Under the pieces are notes generated by a model that did not search any database, was not told where the DNA came from, and saw only the letters and a list, made by a program, of their open reading frames with translations. A DNA stretch of 64,000 bases from Amphiscolops sp. MND2022 (taxonomy: Eukaryota), in contig OZ076409.1 in NCBI GenBank assembly GCA_964187785.1, forward strand, positions 28,212,001 to 28,276,000. The letters run 5' to 3'. The position numbers were made by a program, and so were the translations under genes. Shown here in pieces: positions 31,580 through 44,577 of the stretch (within the stretch, counting starts at the first letter, position 1; each line of letters begins with the position of its first letter).

Positions 31580-32299
31580 TGTAACGATAAGCGCTGGCGC
31601 TTGAACCGCAACGTAGAATGGAGGAACTAGAACAGCGAATATAATCTGGGACCTAGATCTCCGCGGCCCTAGCTCATTTTCCCTCCGAAGGAGCCAGTCC
31701 CAAGGTGGGGGAACCGTCTTGTTGGAAACTCTCTGGCCTGGTCCTAGTCTGTAACTGCTAAAAGTAACGGGCATCTTGCATGTCTCAAGACCACTGCTCA
31801 ATTAGCCTTTAAAAAGGGGGCTGAAAACAGGAGGATGTTGAGCCATAGTATTGGAGAATCTGATAAAATCGACATCAAAAAGGGGTAACCATAGATGTAA
31901 ATGGGCAGCTCTCGAGCATATCAATCTACTACAACAAGGAAAGCACAACAAGCACAACAATATCGGAAGTTTGAGTTTTTAGTAGGAGCGAATTGACCAT
32001 GGCTTCCCAGCGCTAGCGCTCGTCACCGCACAGGACGCCGCAGGATCTTCAGGCGAGCATCTGGAACACCGGTTTCTGTTGCCTATGTAGTGTAAACGCC
32101 ATAGACCAAAGATGGGCACTTCACCGTGTTCTAGGGACTGTTTTCTACGTCTTCTCTTCTCGTCGTCTCTCGCGGGGGCGATTTCTGATTTCTGATCTGC
32201 TTTTTTGACAGGTCTTTCGTCTGGAGCATGTTTGAGTGCCACGTCAGATTTGAACGAATTTTTGCTTCGAAAATTTTGACATGGGCAGTTGCCGTTACA
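31580..32299 (-). repeat. 5' LTR (720 bp)
   Basis: TGTAAC...GTTACA, near-identical to 13393-14112, adjacent to the PBS. Confidence 0.98.
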
Positions 32300-33336
32300 C
32301 GACAGTGTAAGTGATCGATTTTGCATGCATTCCTATTTCAGTTCCTCTCACAACTGGTAATGATTTCGTAATCGGAGAATATTTCAACTAATCTGAGTGA
32401 ACATTGATAATTTAGGAACAGCGAATAGTCTTCCAATTGATCAATCGGCCAGTTGAGTGTTTGTCCAATTGAGCTAGACACGGAAGAAGGGAGGATCGCA
32501 TAATCGTACCATTACAATTTTTTAAGAGCTTATGTTGATCATAGTCTTTTTGCTTCAGAAACCTGGGCTATCCATGAATCGAAATCGATGTCTACAGAGA
32601 TAATCTTGCAATGTCTGGGCCGCCAAAGAGGCACAGATTACTACAAAAACTTCGAGAGAAACCAACAGCTTGTTTCAAAAGGTCACGTGTTCACCAGAGA
32701 CAAGTATTGGCTGCAAGCGATTTTTGGTAATTCCAAGTTTTCGATCATTGCATTGAAATAAATTTTCACTACCTCGTTTTGGTTGAAAACTTCTGAGAAA
32801 TCGGGATTTTTTATCAGTTCAATGAATGCATCTCTTTAAGGTGTACTCCTTCCAACTTTAGTGACTCCCAAAAAATTGAATCGTGACGATGGGACCACAC
32901 GATTATATTTTTTACAGGTTCCTGATGTGTTCCTATCATGTTGTTGAAGTACCAAATCAATGCGATTCAATTAGTTATGAGACCATCTTGATGTGTACCG
33001 TGCCGTTCAAAAATATGTAATTATCTGAACTTTGCTCTTGTCGAAAAATCATGGAATTAGATTTCTTTGGATATTCATCTGAAAAAAGTATGATGAACCA
33101 AACTTCCACCAAACATTATGGTCTTTTATTTGAAACTTTAATTGAGGTTTCAAAAGTTTTATAAATTCTTGTTTTCAGGAGTTTTGGCTATTTTGAACCT
33201 ACTAAAACAATATTTCGAAAACAACTAATTCTCTTCGTTTTTCAAAGAAGGTCAAATAATTATCATAATTTTAAGATCAATATGAGACAAAGCAGTCTGT
33301 TTAAAGAAAAAAATATAGGTATTTTGACTTTTTAAG

Positions 33337-36300
33337 GTCTAAACCAAATCGAAGAGAACAAGCAAAAGAAGGTTTTGAAGAAACAGCTGGAGGAAATCTG
33401 TTTCGGCAAGTTCGAATCCATTCTGACTTTGGATAATCAGAAGTTACTGATTCAAAAAGGTATGGCGACTTGATTTTCTCCTAGAATTTTTTTCGCAGTT
33501 TCATTGATAAACTGAACCCTACAATATATTTTTAGAGGGGTATGCAGAAAACTCGTCGAAAACAACGCGTCAAATGTGAAGGACGGAAAACTCTTCGAAA
33601 ATCAACTCGGCGAATGATAATTGAGTGCAAACTCGTCGAATAATAACAGATAAGCAACAGGGATTATCCAGTGATAATTATGAATTAAGTTTCATTAATT
33701 GATGCGTGAAATCATCAGTTCTACGCATAATGTAGCGTTTTTAAGTTATATATGTCGTGTGCAACTCTTGGAAAATAAAAAAAGAAACTAACTGAGAAAA
33801 ACCAAAAAAGACTTTGTATAACTTTGTTTTAAAACTTCATCCATTTAATTTTATAACAAGCCAGTTTAAATTATACTCTTTTATTCTCTCCTCAAGCGCT
33901 GAACTCTGAACACGCTCGAACGTGTTCATCCCTCATTGTTTTGAGACACTGCACATATTCCATATTTGGTCATCCAATATGACGTCAAATGACGTTATTT
34001 TCTCGTGGACGCTTCGTCTACGAAATACACACGCGAAATGATCTCGTTGGTCAGATCATATGACTTGACGTCATATTACGTCATGCTCGTCAACCAATCA
34101 CGGCTGTGAATGAATTTTATTGGTTGACGAAGCGAGTGAAATTAGTATGAATACGAACCAAATTTTCAACTCTCAGAGATCTTTCTTTAGCGAAATACAA
34201 ACTTGATAAAACATTCAACTACTTCTCAATCTTCATTCACGGGTTCAATCCCCGTCAGCAGCGCTGCGCAACATTTGTTAGTTGAAATTTTTCAATTTTC
34301 TTTTTAAAGCTCTCCTATATCTAAGACCTTTTCTTATTTTTACCTTTAACCTTAACTTATTTTGTCTAAGTGCTTTTTGCCTTAGTTTAAATTTTTCATT
34401 AAGCATTTTTCTTAACTTTAAGTTTTTACAAGTCTTGGCTCAGTCTCATCTTAGATGATTTTCAAGCTTGCTTTCAAGTTAAAGCAATTTTATCTTAGAG
34501 GATTTGTCAAGCCTGATTTCCAGTTAAAGCAAGTTTATCTTAGACGATTTTCAACCTGCATTCAAGCCAAAGCAATTTTATCTTAAACTATTTTCAATCA
34601 TTTCTTTCGAGCCAAAACAAACGAAGTCTTAAGCTTTTCAGCCCTGCTTTCAATTAAAAGCAATTTTAAACTATTCTCTCACTGCTTTCAAGGAAAAGCA
34701 AATTAAGCCTTAGTCTATCTTTAATCTAAAAGAAAACCAAGCCTGTTCTCAAGTTACAGCAATTCCTCTCTAACGTTGGAGTTTCAATTGATTTTTGACT
34801 TCGGACAGAAGCTACTATACTGTCTTTGTTTAACGAAGATTGAATAGTCCTTACTTTATAGTGGACTCTAAACCAAAGTCCGGTGATACTCACTGACTCT
34901 AAACTAAGAACCACAGCCTCAGCTGGGTTACAAGAAAACTAAATAACTTAGCTTTTGTTTGACTCTTCAAGTCGAACTGTTCTCAATTTGAGACAAAGAG
35001 TAGCCGTATAGCACTCTATAAAACCAGTACAACAATCTGTTGTCCTTCAATCAAAGAATAGCGAGTCGCCATCTTTTCCAGTCCGTGACAATCGGTGGGC
35101 TATAAACATCGTGCTAGCTATTTGCTGCACCTAAAAAAGAGGCCTAACCTCTGACTTGGTACAAACATAAAAACAACTTAATTAACCTAATAACTCAATT
35201 CTTAGTAAGTTAACTCGTATTATTCAAAGATAGATTTTGAGTTTAATTTAATTATATTTTTTCCATTCATGCTGATTTATGCAATTTGCTTTCTTTGAGT
35301 GACATTTATTATAACTTTAATATAAAAAAGAACGGTTCAATTTACATGTTCTTGTACCAACAACTCTTTTCTCCCGGGCCGTAGAATTAAAGTCCCTCCA
35401 TACAAACTCACACCTGAGACGACCAATTTGAGACTTATTATTTTTCTTATCAACTCTCACCCTTCACAACATTTCACATATACTCTCTTGAAATGTTTCA
35501 CTTTTATAGTTTACAGTGTAATACTTCGTTGTACTTCAGAACTTCGTAATAGTGCGATCACAAAGTTTGCATTATATTTGTCTGAGATTTTTTTGTTCTT
35601 GCGACAAGCTTTCCGCCCGAGACATTTCGGCGAGTTGCTTTTCGACGAGTTTCCCACCTAGTATTTTCGACCACTTGTTGTCGGCGAGTTGTTTTCGGTG
35701 TTTTGTTTCCGACGAGTTGTTTTCGACGAGTTTTCCTAGATTCTTTTAGAGTATTAAAAACTCGTGACAGTTTGTCTAAATAGAACAATACCGATCTTTG
35801 GAATTATTCACACAAAAAAATCAAATAATTTTTCTTTTTTTTCTTACAATGTTATGATACGTATCAAAATACTCCAACGTCCTCAAACGTTCAAAATGTT
35901 TCAACACATTTGGTTCCCAATATGACATGGTTAATAAAATAACAAAATGGGCGGAAAAAAAGTTACCCTTTTTAGAACCTTTCTCCAAAATGAAATTTTC
36001 TACTCAAACATTTTGCTGATGACTTCGTACAATTGATGCATCAAAAGTATGTTTGTAGCATGAGTGTAAACACGGAGAATTCAAACGTTCTTTCAGAAAA
36101 CAGAATCTTTCATTCCAAGAACTTTTTCGGAACACCGGATCAAAAATAGCCGGTTTTAGCGAATAGAGAGGCAGTGAACATTGCTGTAAAGTGGTACAGA
36201 TTGCTGTAAAAGTTCAAGTTTAAAGAATACGATGGTAAACTTATGTTGGAAAAAACAAGAAACTATTTTTGGTCAACTCTTTTCCTTAAAAACACTGAGG

Positions 36301-36555
36301 AACCAAAACTTTAACAAGCTGGAATTATTATTAACAAGTGATACCTAGGAAATGGCTCTACCAGAGGTGAAACCATTTTTCAGTGCAATCATCTGCCCTC
36401 AGTTTTGCGATATATTTCGGTTTATAAAGAACTTCAAACAAAAAAACTATTTTCTCTTTAATTTCTCAAAGTTTTTTTTGCTAATAAAAGCAAAAAAACG
36501 GAATGTTTCAAAACTATTTTCATCTCAAATGCTGCCCAATAATCTAGCGTCTTGA

Positions 36556-36606
<51 letters not shown>

Positions 36607-39600
36607 GTTGCTGCCATTGGCCCGGAGAAGTTGAAAATGGAAAAGAATATATTAAAGTTATTTCGACATTTTAACCGGATGACCAGAAGAACTGCAAAGA
36701 AAAAATTGAAGAATTGTAAAGGATGCACAATGTTGCTTAGGGTAAATGTGGAACTATTGTATTCTGCTTGAATAACGGATATGAAAACGATATTTAAAAT
36801 AACAATGTTTTCTTCAGCTCTCAGCGTACAATATAGATAGCGAGCTATTTCTACAGAACTAAATACTTGTTAGTCAACAAAACTGAAAATCGCAACGGAT
36901 TGCTTATCAACAGTTTTTATACTGATGTCTGTTGCTCTTCATTTCCCCCTCTGCGATTGGATGAGAGATATCCAATGGGGTTACGTTGCCGTCCAGATTG
37001 CTGTTGTGATCAGTGTGCCGTCCACGTTCTGTTGATGGTTGATAATGTATCCGGACTTCCAAGATCTGGGTGACGAGCTTCCGTGTAATGGCTCTTCAGG
37101 TGATGTTAGCAGTTTCCTGTATTCCGTTTGGTTGATTGGATAATTTATTCTAATAATTGGGTTGGTTTTCGTTAGAAGTTTTTGCACGCTCTTTACTACA
37201 AGATAGTTTACCCAGTTGATGGTTGGTACTTCTAGTACCGACGGTACCAATTCCTTGTCGCTCGAAATTTCTCCCTCCCCCATGGGTGTTTCGTCCAGAG
37301 TATAGTTTGTAGTTGGACGTGTTCTTGAAGTGCTTGGTTGGTTTTCATCTTGGGGAATGAATCCCCCTTCGAAGTTCCGCGCTTCGGTAAATTGCCTGTC
37401 TGGAAAACAATCGGCTGGTTGCTGTTTCTGGTTTGAGCGATTTCTAATCTCTACAGCCGGGCTTTCTAATTTTCGGATTATTTCCGATTCTCTCTCCTCG
37501 ATTTTTCTCCTCTCGCTGCTGAGGAGTTTCGGTTCGTGGTGTTTTTTTCTCTTGCCATTTGAAATTTGGTAAACTCCCGGCTATACGATAGTTCGCCATC
37601 TTTCAATTAAGAAAGATTTTGAGGCTGTCAATGGTTTGACCAATATTTGTTCGCTTTTGTCAAGTTTATTGGTTCGTTGTCGGAATGTGATTGATTGAAA
37701 TGGTGGCTAAGCGAATAGAATTTTGAAACAATTCCGTAGCCGGTGCTATTCTGTTGATGACGTACCCTTCTTCGTCTGCTTCATCCTTTTGCGCCGGTGC
37801 GAATGGATTTTTACTCAAGTTATCCGTCAGCGCTAAGTCTTTATTGTGAAATGTGCTAATCGGTCGAGCCAGCGTGATAAGGGTGCTGTACGTTTTAATT
37901 GGGCAATTGCGTTTTATCAGCGGTTCTAAAGGGTGACGATCCGTCAATAATTTGACGGGCTTTCCATAGATGTACAGGAGGAAATGTCATAACCACCAGA
38001 CTACCGCTCCAGCTCATCCATTGCGTATTTTTTCTCTGAGTCCGATTAAAAACCACTTGAAAATGCTACCGATTTTGATCTCTGTTATCTTGTTCTTGCC
38101 AAAGAATTGCGCCTAACCTTTTTGTACTGGCGTCGTTTGTTAATGTATTCAGTCAAAAGGAGCTATAGTCTGCCAAACACGGTATTTCCGTGATTTTGTT
38201 TTTTAATTGGTTCAATGCTTCGGAGTGCTCCCTTGTCCAGTTCCAGTTGTTTGTCTATTTGAACAAATTTCCTAATAGGTCTGTCTGTGCCGACAGATTT
38301 TCAATTGACGTTGACAGATAATGAATTGCCCCGAAAATAATTTTATTTTTTTTCTCTCTTTTTGGTTCTTTTAGTCCTTGTATTGCTTTCAGTTTCTCTT
38401 GTACCGGTCTGATAACGTTTGGGTCACTTTTATGGCCTACCCACTCTGTTTTGGTTTTGAAAAGTTTCGTCTAGTTTTTGCTCAGTCTGTACCCTGTGTT
38501 TTCTAATTTTGTTAATACTTCAAACAATTCACGATGGTTCTGTTCCTTCGATCGTTTTGTGACTAGTATTATGTCATATATTCTCGCCGGATGTTTATTT
38601 TCCAATGCTCGGTCAATCTTTTCTTGAAATATGGTCGGAATGTCCGCCAAACCATAAAACCCCTTCACGAATCTTCAATATCCGATGAAATTGCCTCCGG
38701 TTATTGCAAATATGCAAAGGTCCATTGCGGGTTTTGATAACTAGTTGTCCATATGCATAATCCAGATAGTACTTTGACACCCAGATTTGGTCGGTTGCTC
38801 CGTGTGCAATTTTTCTTGATATCCATATTATCAACTTCTCCATATTAGGCATTTTTGCTTCTCTTTTCACGTTTATTTCTTTTAGTTTCCGTGAATCTAC
38901 AGCGATTTTAGCCGTTTTATCTTTTTTCACGGTGATTACTGCTGGGCTGATGAAGCAGTTTTCATTGATGTTCGTTGCGCTTTCTATGTGGCCGTTTTTC
39001 TTTAGTTTTTCTATCTCTTGACCGACCACTGGTTGTAGGTGTTTTGGTATCGGACGGCCTTTTTTTGTATTAGTTTTGCGTCCGGTTTTAGTTCGTTTTC
39101 TACTTCCATTCCTTTTTCCGTTTTATTTTCGTGGAAAAGATTTGTAAACTTTTATTTCAACTCGATTACCTGTGGATCTTTTTGGACGCTCTGGATTTTC
39201 GGGTTAGTTTTCTTGGTTTGTAGTTTGATTCCCAAGTGTTTCTCAAGGGTTTTGTGTCCATTTGTGTTTTGTGTCCATTGAATTCGACTTTAGCCATTCT
39301 TTTTCCTTCAAATTTGATTTTGTTATTGTTCACATCTCTATATTCCGTATGCAGTGGTATATATTTGTGTAATTTGGCCGAGCATTTGTTTGGGTATCAA
39401 AGTGATCGGTGACCCGCTGTCAATTATGAATTTCATTGGACGGTTGTTGACCAATGCCGTTGTAGCGAAGAATGGTTGTCCGTCTTTGGTTATTTGTTTC
39501 CTTGAATAGACCGCTCTTGTTATGAAGTGTACTTTGTTCGGTGACCAATCGTCCTCTTTTGCACTTGTTGCTTCTGAAACCGGACAGATGTGTTTTACCT

Positions 39601-42600
39601 TCCTGTCCTATCTTTGTTTGGTTCGGAACAGTTTCTCAGAGTGACCGATGTTTCCGCAATTTAGGCACTTTGTTTTAACCGGGCAGTCATGTTCTTTGTT
39701 CCAGTTCAGTGCTCCGCATCTGATTCAAACGACCTTCTTAACTTTGTTCAACAAAATTGTTTTTTTTCGGGTTTCTGGTAGTTTATGTTTCTATCCACAT
39801 GTTTGATTTTTGTTTCTTCTTCTGAGTGTCTAGCCTCAGTCATCTTTTCGTACATGGACTCGTTGATTGTGCCGGTTATCGCTTGTACCGACATATCTCT
39901 TTTTTAAATTTTTTCTTTAGGTCGTTTTCTCCAGTCGTTTTTGCGATTACTAAACGAAATTTTGACGCTAGCAGTTCTGCTGCTGGTATTTTTTCAAATT
40001 CACAAATTTTCTCAATCTCTAGGATTCGTTTCCAGGTGTCTGCTGCCGATTCCCCGGGTTCTCTCTTTAAAGAAATCTGCCCTGCTATGTTGTTTATTCC
40101 GTTTTGAAAAAAAGTGTAGTTTGAGTAATGCGTAAAGACGGTGTGATGTTAAGGAATTTGGTTCCCTCTCTCTTACCGTCTTCGCCATCTCCGTGAGCGC
40201 TGATTGACCAATTCCCCAGATGAAAACGTCTTTTATTTCCTTTTCCAATTGGTTTCTATTGGGGGAGCATGTCTTTGGAGTTGGTCATCTTCGATATGTC
40301 TCTTTCACTGGTCATTTTAATGTACTGGGTGAACTGTCTCCACCAGAGCTTAGCACTGGTGTGGTTGTTCTTTTCTAAGATCGGAATGGGCAGATTTTGT
40401 GTAGTTGTCCGTTCAACCGATTTCTCGGTTGTGTTGTTCGGGAGCGAGCGGTTGCTTGTTTCTCCCGTGGAGTCGTTTTGGTCATCTTCCATTTTCACAG
40501 GAGTTTTGTTGACTGGAAGTTCAAATTGTTGGCTGCGCCATATTGTATTCTGCTTGAATAACTGATATGAAAACGATATTGAAAATAACAATGTTTTCTG
40601 AAGCTCTCAACGTACAAAAATGATAGCGAGCTATTTCTTCAGAACTAAATACTTGTTAGTCAACAAAACTAAAAATGGCAACGGATTGTTTATCAACAGT
40701 TTTTATACTGATGTTTGTTGCTCTTCAGGAACCAATTCCGATGTGTCTATCTACAGTTTTGATATAAAATACTTTAAAATAGAATGAAATTTGTTATCTG
40801 TTTTTTCATACTATTACGCCAAAAAACATGAGGCTAAATGTACTTGTTAACTAAGAAATTTTGTGACAAGAAAAATTTGAGTCTTGTTGAATTTTTTGAT
40901 GAGAACAAACGCGTATCTTTCATAGGTTACGATTAACGAAGGTTTAACTTCAAAAGAGCCTCAAAACGAACATGCGCGATCGGAGTAAAATAATGGAATT
41001 TCCTCAATGACAAAATGCTGGCCAATAAACTTCGCTTCAATCGCCTGAAAAAGAGGACCTACTGTTTCATACAGCTCTGTAATTCATGTAAAATGCAAAA
41101 TATTCTAAACACCTTTTGACTCCAAAATACGTTTCGGATCTTTGGAGTACACTTTAGATCTCAGGCGGAAAGTCTGTTGAAACATGGACCGTTCAACATG
41201 AGCTCCGTCTTCCGGAGAAAAAACAAGACGAGAGTGGATCAAGCCAGCACTCCTTTTAAGGCTTAAGAAAGCTCGTATATGCTCATAATGTCTCCTATAT
41301 GCTCAGGGTACCTTTAGAAATTTCGAATTGTATTTATTAGAAGTTAAACTTCAGATATCGCAAAAAACTGCGTTTGTTAACAAGGCGTGTTTCCTAGATA
41401 AAGCTAAAAAAAAACAGTTGGGATGTGTGTTGTTTTTGTCTCGAGCAAAAGTGACCCCTACACCAGTGTTTGTTTTTCTGCACAGGGTTTTTTACGTATT
41501 CGGTTCAATGGTATGACCCAACTTCTGTTTCCAAAAATGGTTCTCAATTTTGTAAAATATTGTGACGTAGTGTATTATGGGGTCGTTTCATATTCGATTG
41601 CTTCGATGTTGAAAATTATTTCTAAATCATCATTTTTTCGTTTTCAGAAAAAAATTGCAATGCCACTGCGCTTGTTGCCGGTACCTTTCTATCAGCAAAT
41701 TTCGATAACATAGACGTTTCTCATTTTAGGTGAAATCTTTTGGGTCGTTGACGAGAAGTTTAACATCGTTGGCTATCAGTCAATTTACAATGTTATCAAT
41801 TGGATCGAACTTGATGTCATTTCTGGTCGAATTATTAACTTTGTCCAGAAAAACACGACCTACGTTTTAAAAGTAAGTTGAACTTCACAGTAAATTAACA
41901 GGCACGGGAAACTGAGAATGCACATTGACTATGGCTGAGTTTGGAAATCTGTTTGTTGGAATCCATTTAAACATTGAAATCTAAATTCGCGGAGTTATTT
42001 TGCGAAGAGAAAGTTACCCTGCTGCAAAATAGTTTAATAATTTATCAGTCCTTTTTCAGCTAAAGCTGTAACAATTCTTGAAAGAAGATTGAAAAACTAG
42101 GCAAAATAAACACTTCTTTGATTCGAAATAGAATTGAACTGTGAAATAATCAAAAATTTGACATTTGTTTCTTCCAGGATCACGAATTATATTCTGTTGA
42201 TGAAGTGCAGGAATGTGTACGCACAGAGGACGTGTGGGACAAATACTCCGTGGATGCCCCCTATGACGCAATCATGGAGTTCGACGGAAACACTATCCTC
42301 TTTCAAGGTAGAGCACTCACTATCTTCATCTGCTTAATACATCTTTCGTCTTAGAGTGGCTTGTCTGAGCATTCTGAGTCAAACTATTTTAAAGAGAAGT
42401 ACCATCCAGTATCGAACGTTATCAATTCAAAAAAGAACAAACGAACAATTGATTAAATGACTCGGCCTTATGGCTTTTTCCATTACTTGACTCCGATCAA
42501 TTTGCGGCACGTCACCTGGCTCCTGAATTAAGACACTAGCTTTTATAGGAAGTTTATATTCGTTACTTTTTTTTCAAAAGTTCACAGGGCAGCAGAAATG

Positions 42601-43247
42601 GTAAAATGTCTGAATTTAGTGTAACAGTTTTTTTCGTTTTTTCGACATATTGTTCTGAAACTTCCAATACAATTCCTAGTCTCCCCAAAGGTCTCCCGGT
42701 TGAAAAAATTTCTTTCCATTCTTCCTTAAGTGCGTTGTTCAGAAATGTATGAGCGTTTTTTACCCAAGTGGCTGGGAAATGCTCATCCAAAATATTATTT
42801 TGAGGAATTCGATTTGTTGAGATATTATCTCCCGGGTTTGCAATCGATTACACTCCACCGATACTCCACCGGTTTAAATAGTGTTGTTTTTAAGTCCGGA
42901 TTTAGTGGGATCTGAAGTTTCAACTTGTTGTTTCCTAATAATGGTTCAGCTGGATCTGTGATTTCACAGCGGCACACTCAAGCTACTTCGTTTTTCAAGG
43001 TCACTCGTTCTATGTTATCTCTGGCGAAAGAGGCATGTCCGAGGAGTACCCGAAGAAGAGTCGGCTCTGGTCCGAGTCGATCAACTTCCCCATTTCGGCG
43101 GCTGTCACCCTCAACAACAGCTCCCTCATTCTGTATTTCAAGGGCCCCTACGTGTGGATAATCAACAGTGCGCACATTCTCACTGTTGAGACCAAACTGG
43201 CTTTCGACTTCTTCCGCAATTGTGACAAGATTTCAATGCTCAACTGA
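33337..43247 (+). CDS. spliced host gene with hemopexin-like repeats (MMP/vitronectin-type propeller), partial model
   Basis: AG/GT-bounded, phase-compatible exons: 33337-33459 (EICFGKFESILTLDNQKLLIQKG), 41486-41510, 41730-41872 (GEIFWVVDE), 42178-42307 (APYDAIMEFDGNTILFQ) and ~42970-43247 (YFVFQGHSFY..YPK..ISAAV..LYFKGPYVW..FFRNC, stop). Intervening and upstream exons are unresolved, and no HExxH was seen. Confidence 0.65.
33539..35743. mobile_element. non-autonomous Mutator-like element, copy 1, with a nested unclassified insert
   Basis: Termini GGTATGCAGAAAACTCG / CGAGTTTTCCTAGATTC, subterminal AACTCGTCGAA arrays, TSD TTTTAGAG(G/T). Confidence 0.8.
36557..36602. repeat. (TG)23 microsatellite
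   Basis: Uninterrupted TG run. Confidence 0.98.
36755..40727 (-). mobile_element. decayed, internally deleted Gypsy LTR retrotransposon (3,973 bp)
   Basis: 187 bp LTRs (36755-36941, 40541-40727; about 13 differences by eye), TSD GGAAC, PBS TGGCGCAGCCAAC (tRNA-Ser-like) and PPT AGAGGGGGAAA. Fragmented gag, protease, RT (FISPAVITVKKD, AYGQ, GFYGLADIPTIFQ) and RNase H. No integrase core seen. Confidence 0.92.
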
Positions 43248-43377
43248 GTGAGCTGAGTTGAAAATTGATGTACAGAAAGTTTGCGAATAAGAATAATGAA
43301 TTGAAAATTTTTGTATTAAACTTTGCACGAAAAGAGAAGCGATTTGATGAACAAGTCTTGTTAGCAGTGTTAAATCT

Positions 43378-43563
43378 TTATTATTTTCCGATCCCACATT
43401 TTCAATGGGGGAGGAAAATCATGGTTCGTGATGCGTTTTTTTATTTTCCAACCCCACATTTTCAATGGGGAAGGAAAATCATGGTTCGATGCGTTTCTTT
43501 TAATTTTCCGACCCCACATTTTTAATGGGGGAGGAAAATCATGGTTCGTGATGCGTTTTTTTT
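43378..43563. repeat. three ~60 bp tandem repeats with internal hairpin
   Basis: Unit TTTTCC.A.CCCACATTTT.AATGGGG.AGGAAAATCATGGTTCG..ATGCGTTT repeated three times. Confidence 0.95.
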
Positions 43564-43819
43564 TCAAATTTTGCCAAATTTTTATAATCTCCTGGTGCTT
43601 ATAAAAGCTGCATCCGAACTTGTATTCGATTAGGCTGTATCCGAACTTGTATTCAAATTGACGGGTGTCACCCACAGAAATCAACTCACATAAATTTAGC
43701 TTCGTGCGATATGTATTTGTAGAGATTTTTGGACTTTTTTGGGAATGACGAAAATGACCCCGGAAATGAGAAAAATTCCAAAATTTTCCGATTCTTAACG
43801 TTTTTATGCAGTTTTGGTC

Positions 43820-44530
43820 AATTTTTCGATAGACATCGTGGATTAGAATGTTGAAAACGTTCAACAAGGCAAGAAATCGTTGTTCAATAGTCTTTAAGGA
43901 AGAGATAAATGCGGTTATTGGAAAAGAAAATGACCCAAAAGATCACAAAAAATCCAAAATTTCTTGATTTTTAAATTTTGTGAAATTTTCGATAGAAGTC
44001 AAATTTTCGATGGAGGTCGAGCCATTAGGATGTTGAAAACATTCAACAAGCCAAAAACTCGTTGTCCGGTAGGCTTTTCCGAAGAGATAATTGCGGTTTT
44101 CTCTTTGCAAAATATCTCAATTTGACAACGAAAATGACAAAAAATATAAAATTTTTCAACTTTCAAAGTCTTCATGCAATTTTTGTCCGTTTTTTTTGAC
44201 AGAAATTGTTGTGGATTGAAATGTTGAAAAGGGTCAACAAGGAAAGACGTTGTTGTCCAGTAGGCTTAAAGAGAGATAAATGCATTTTTTTTAAAATGAA
44301 AATGTCTCGGAGAGACGCCGAAGAAGACAAATTTTTCAAAATTGCCCGATTTTCATCATTTCTTTTCACTTTTTGTCCAATTTTCGATAGAGTTCGTGGA
44401 TTAGAATGTTCAAAACGTTCAACAAGGCAAGAATTCGTTGTCCAATAGTCTTTAAAGAAGAGATAAATGCGGTTTTTTGAAAAGAAATAGACCCAAAAAA
44501 TCACAAAAAATCCAAAACTTCTTGATTTTT
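43820..44530. repeat. four diverged ~185 bp tandem units (non-autonomous element interior)
   Basis: GGATTAGAATGTTGAAAACGTTCAACAAGG..TCGTTGT.CAATAG..GAGATAAATGCG-like motif near 43840, 44025, 44213 and 44398. Confidence 0.8.
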
Positions 44531-44577
44531 AAAATTTCATTTCAATTTTTGACATATGAAGTGAATTGAAGCTGCCA

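Larger units (their letters stand above)
13393..32299 (-). mobile_element. giant intact Ty3/Gypsy LTR retrotransposon, 18,907 bp, two long ORFs
   Basis: Two 720 bp TGTAAC...GTTACA LTRs, a PBS, a PPT, an uninterrupted Gag-PR-RT-RH-IN ORF in Gypsy domain order and a second long ORF. Visibly more GC-rich than its flanks. Confidence 0.98.

Noticed and set aside
34200..34270. tRNA gene
   Set aside because: Only a box-B-like motif is present; no box A or cloverleaf could be built.
36525..36771. CVCVCV / THTHTH ORFs
   Set aside because: Translation of the TG microsatellite.
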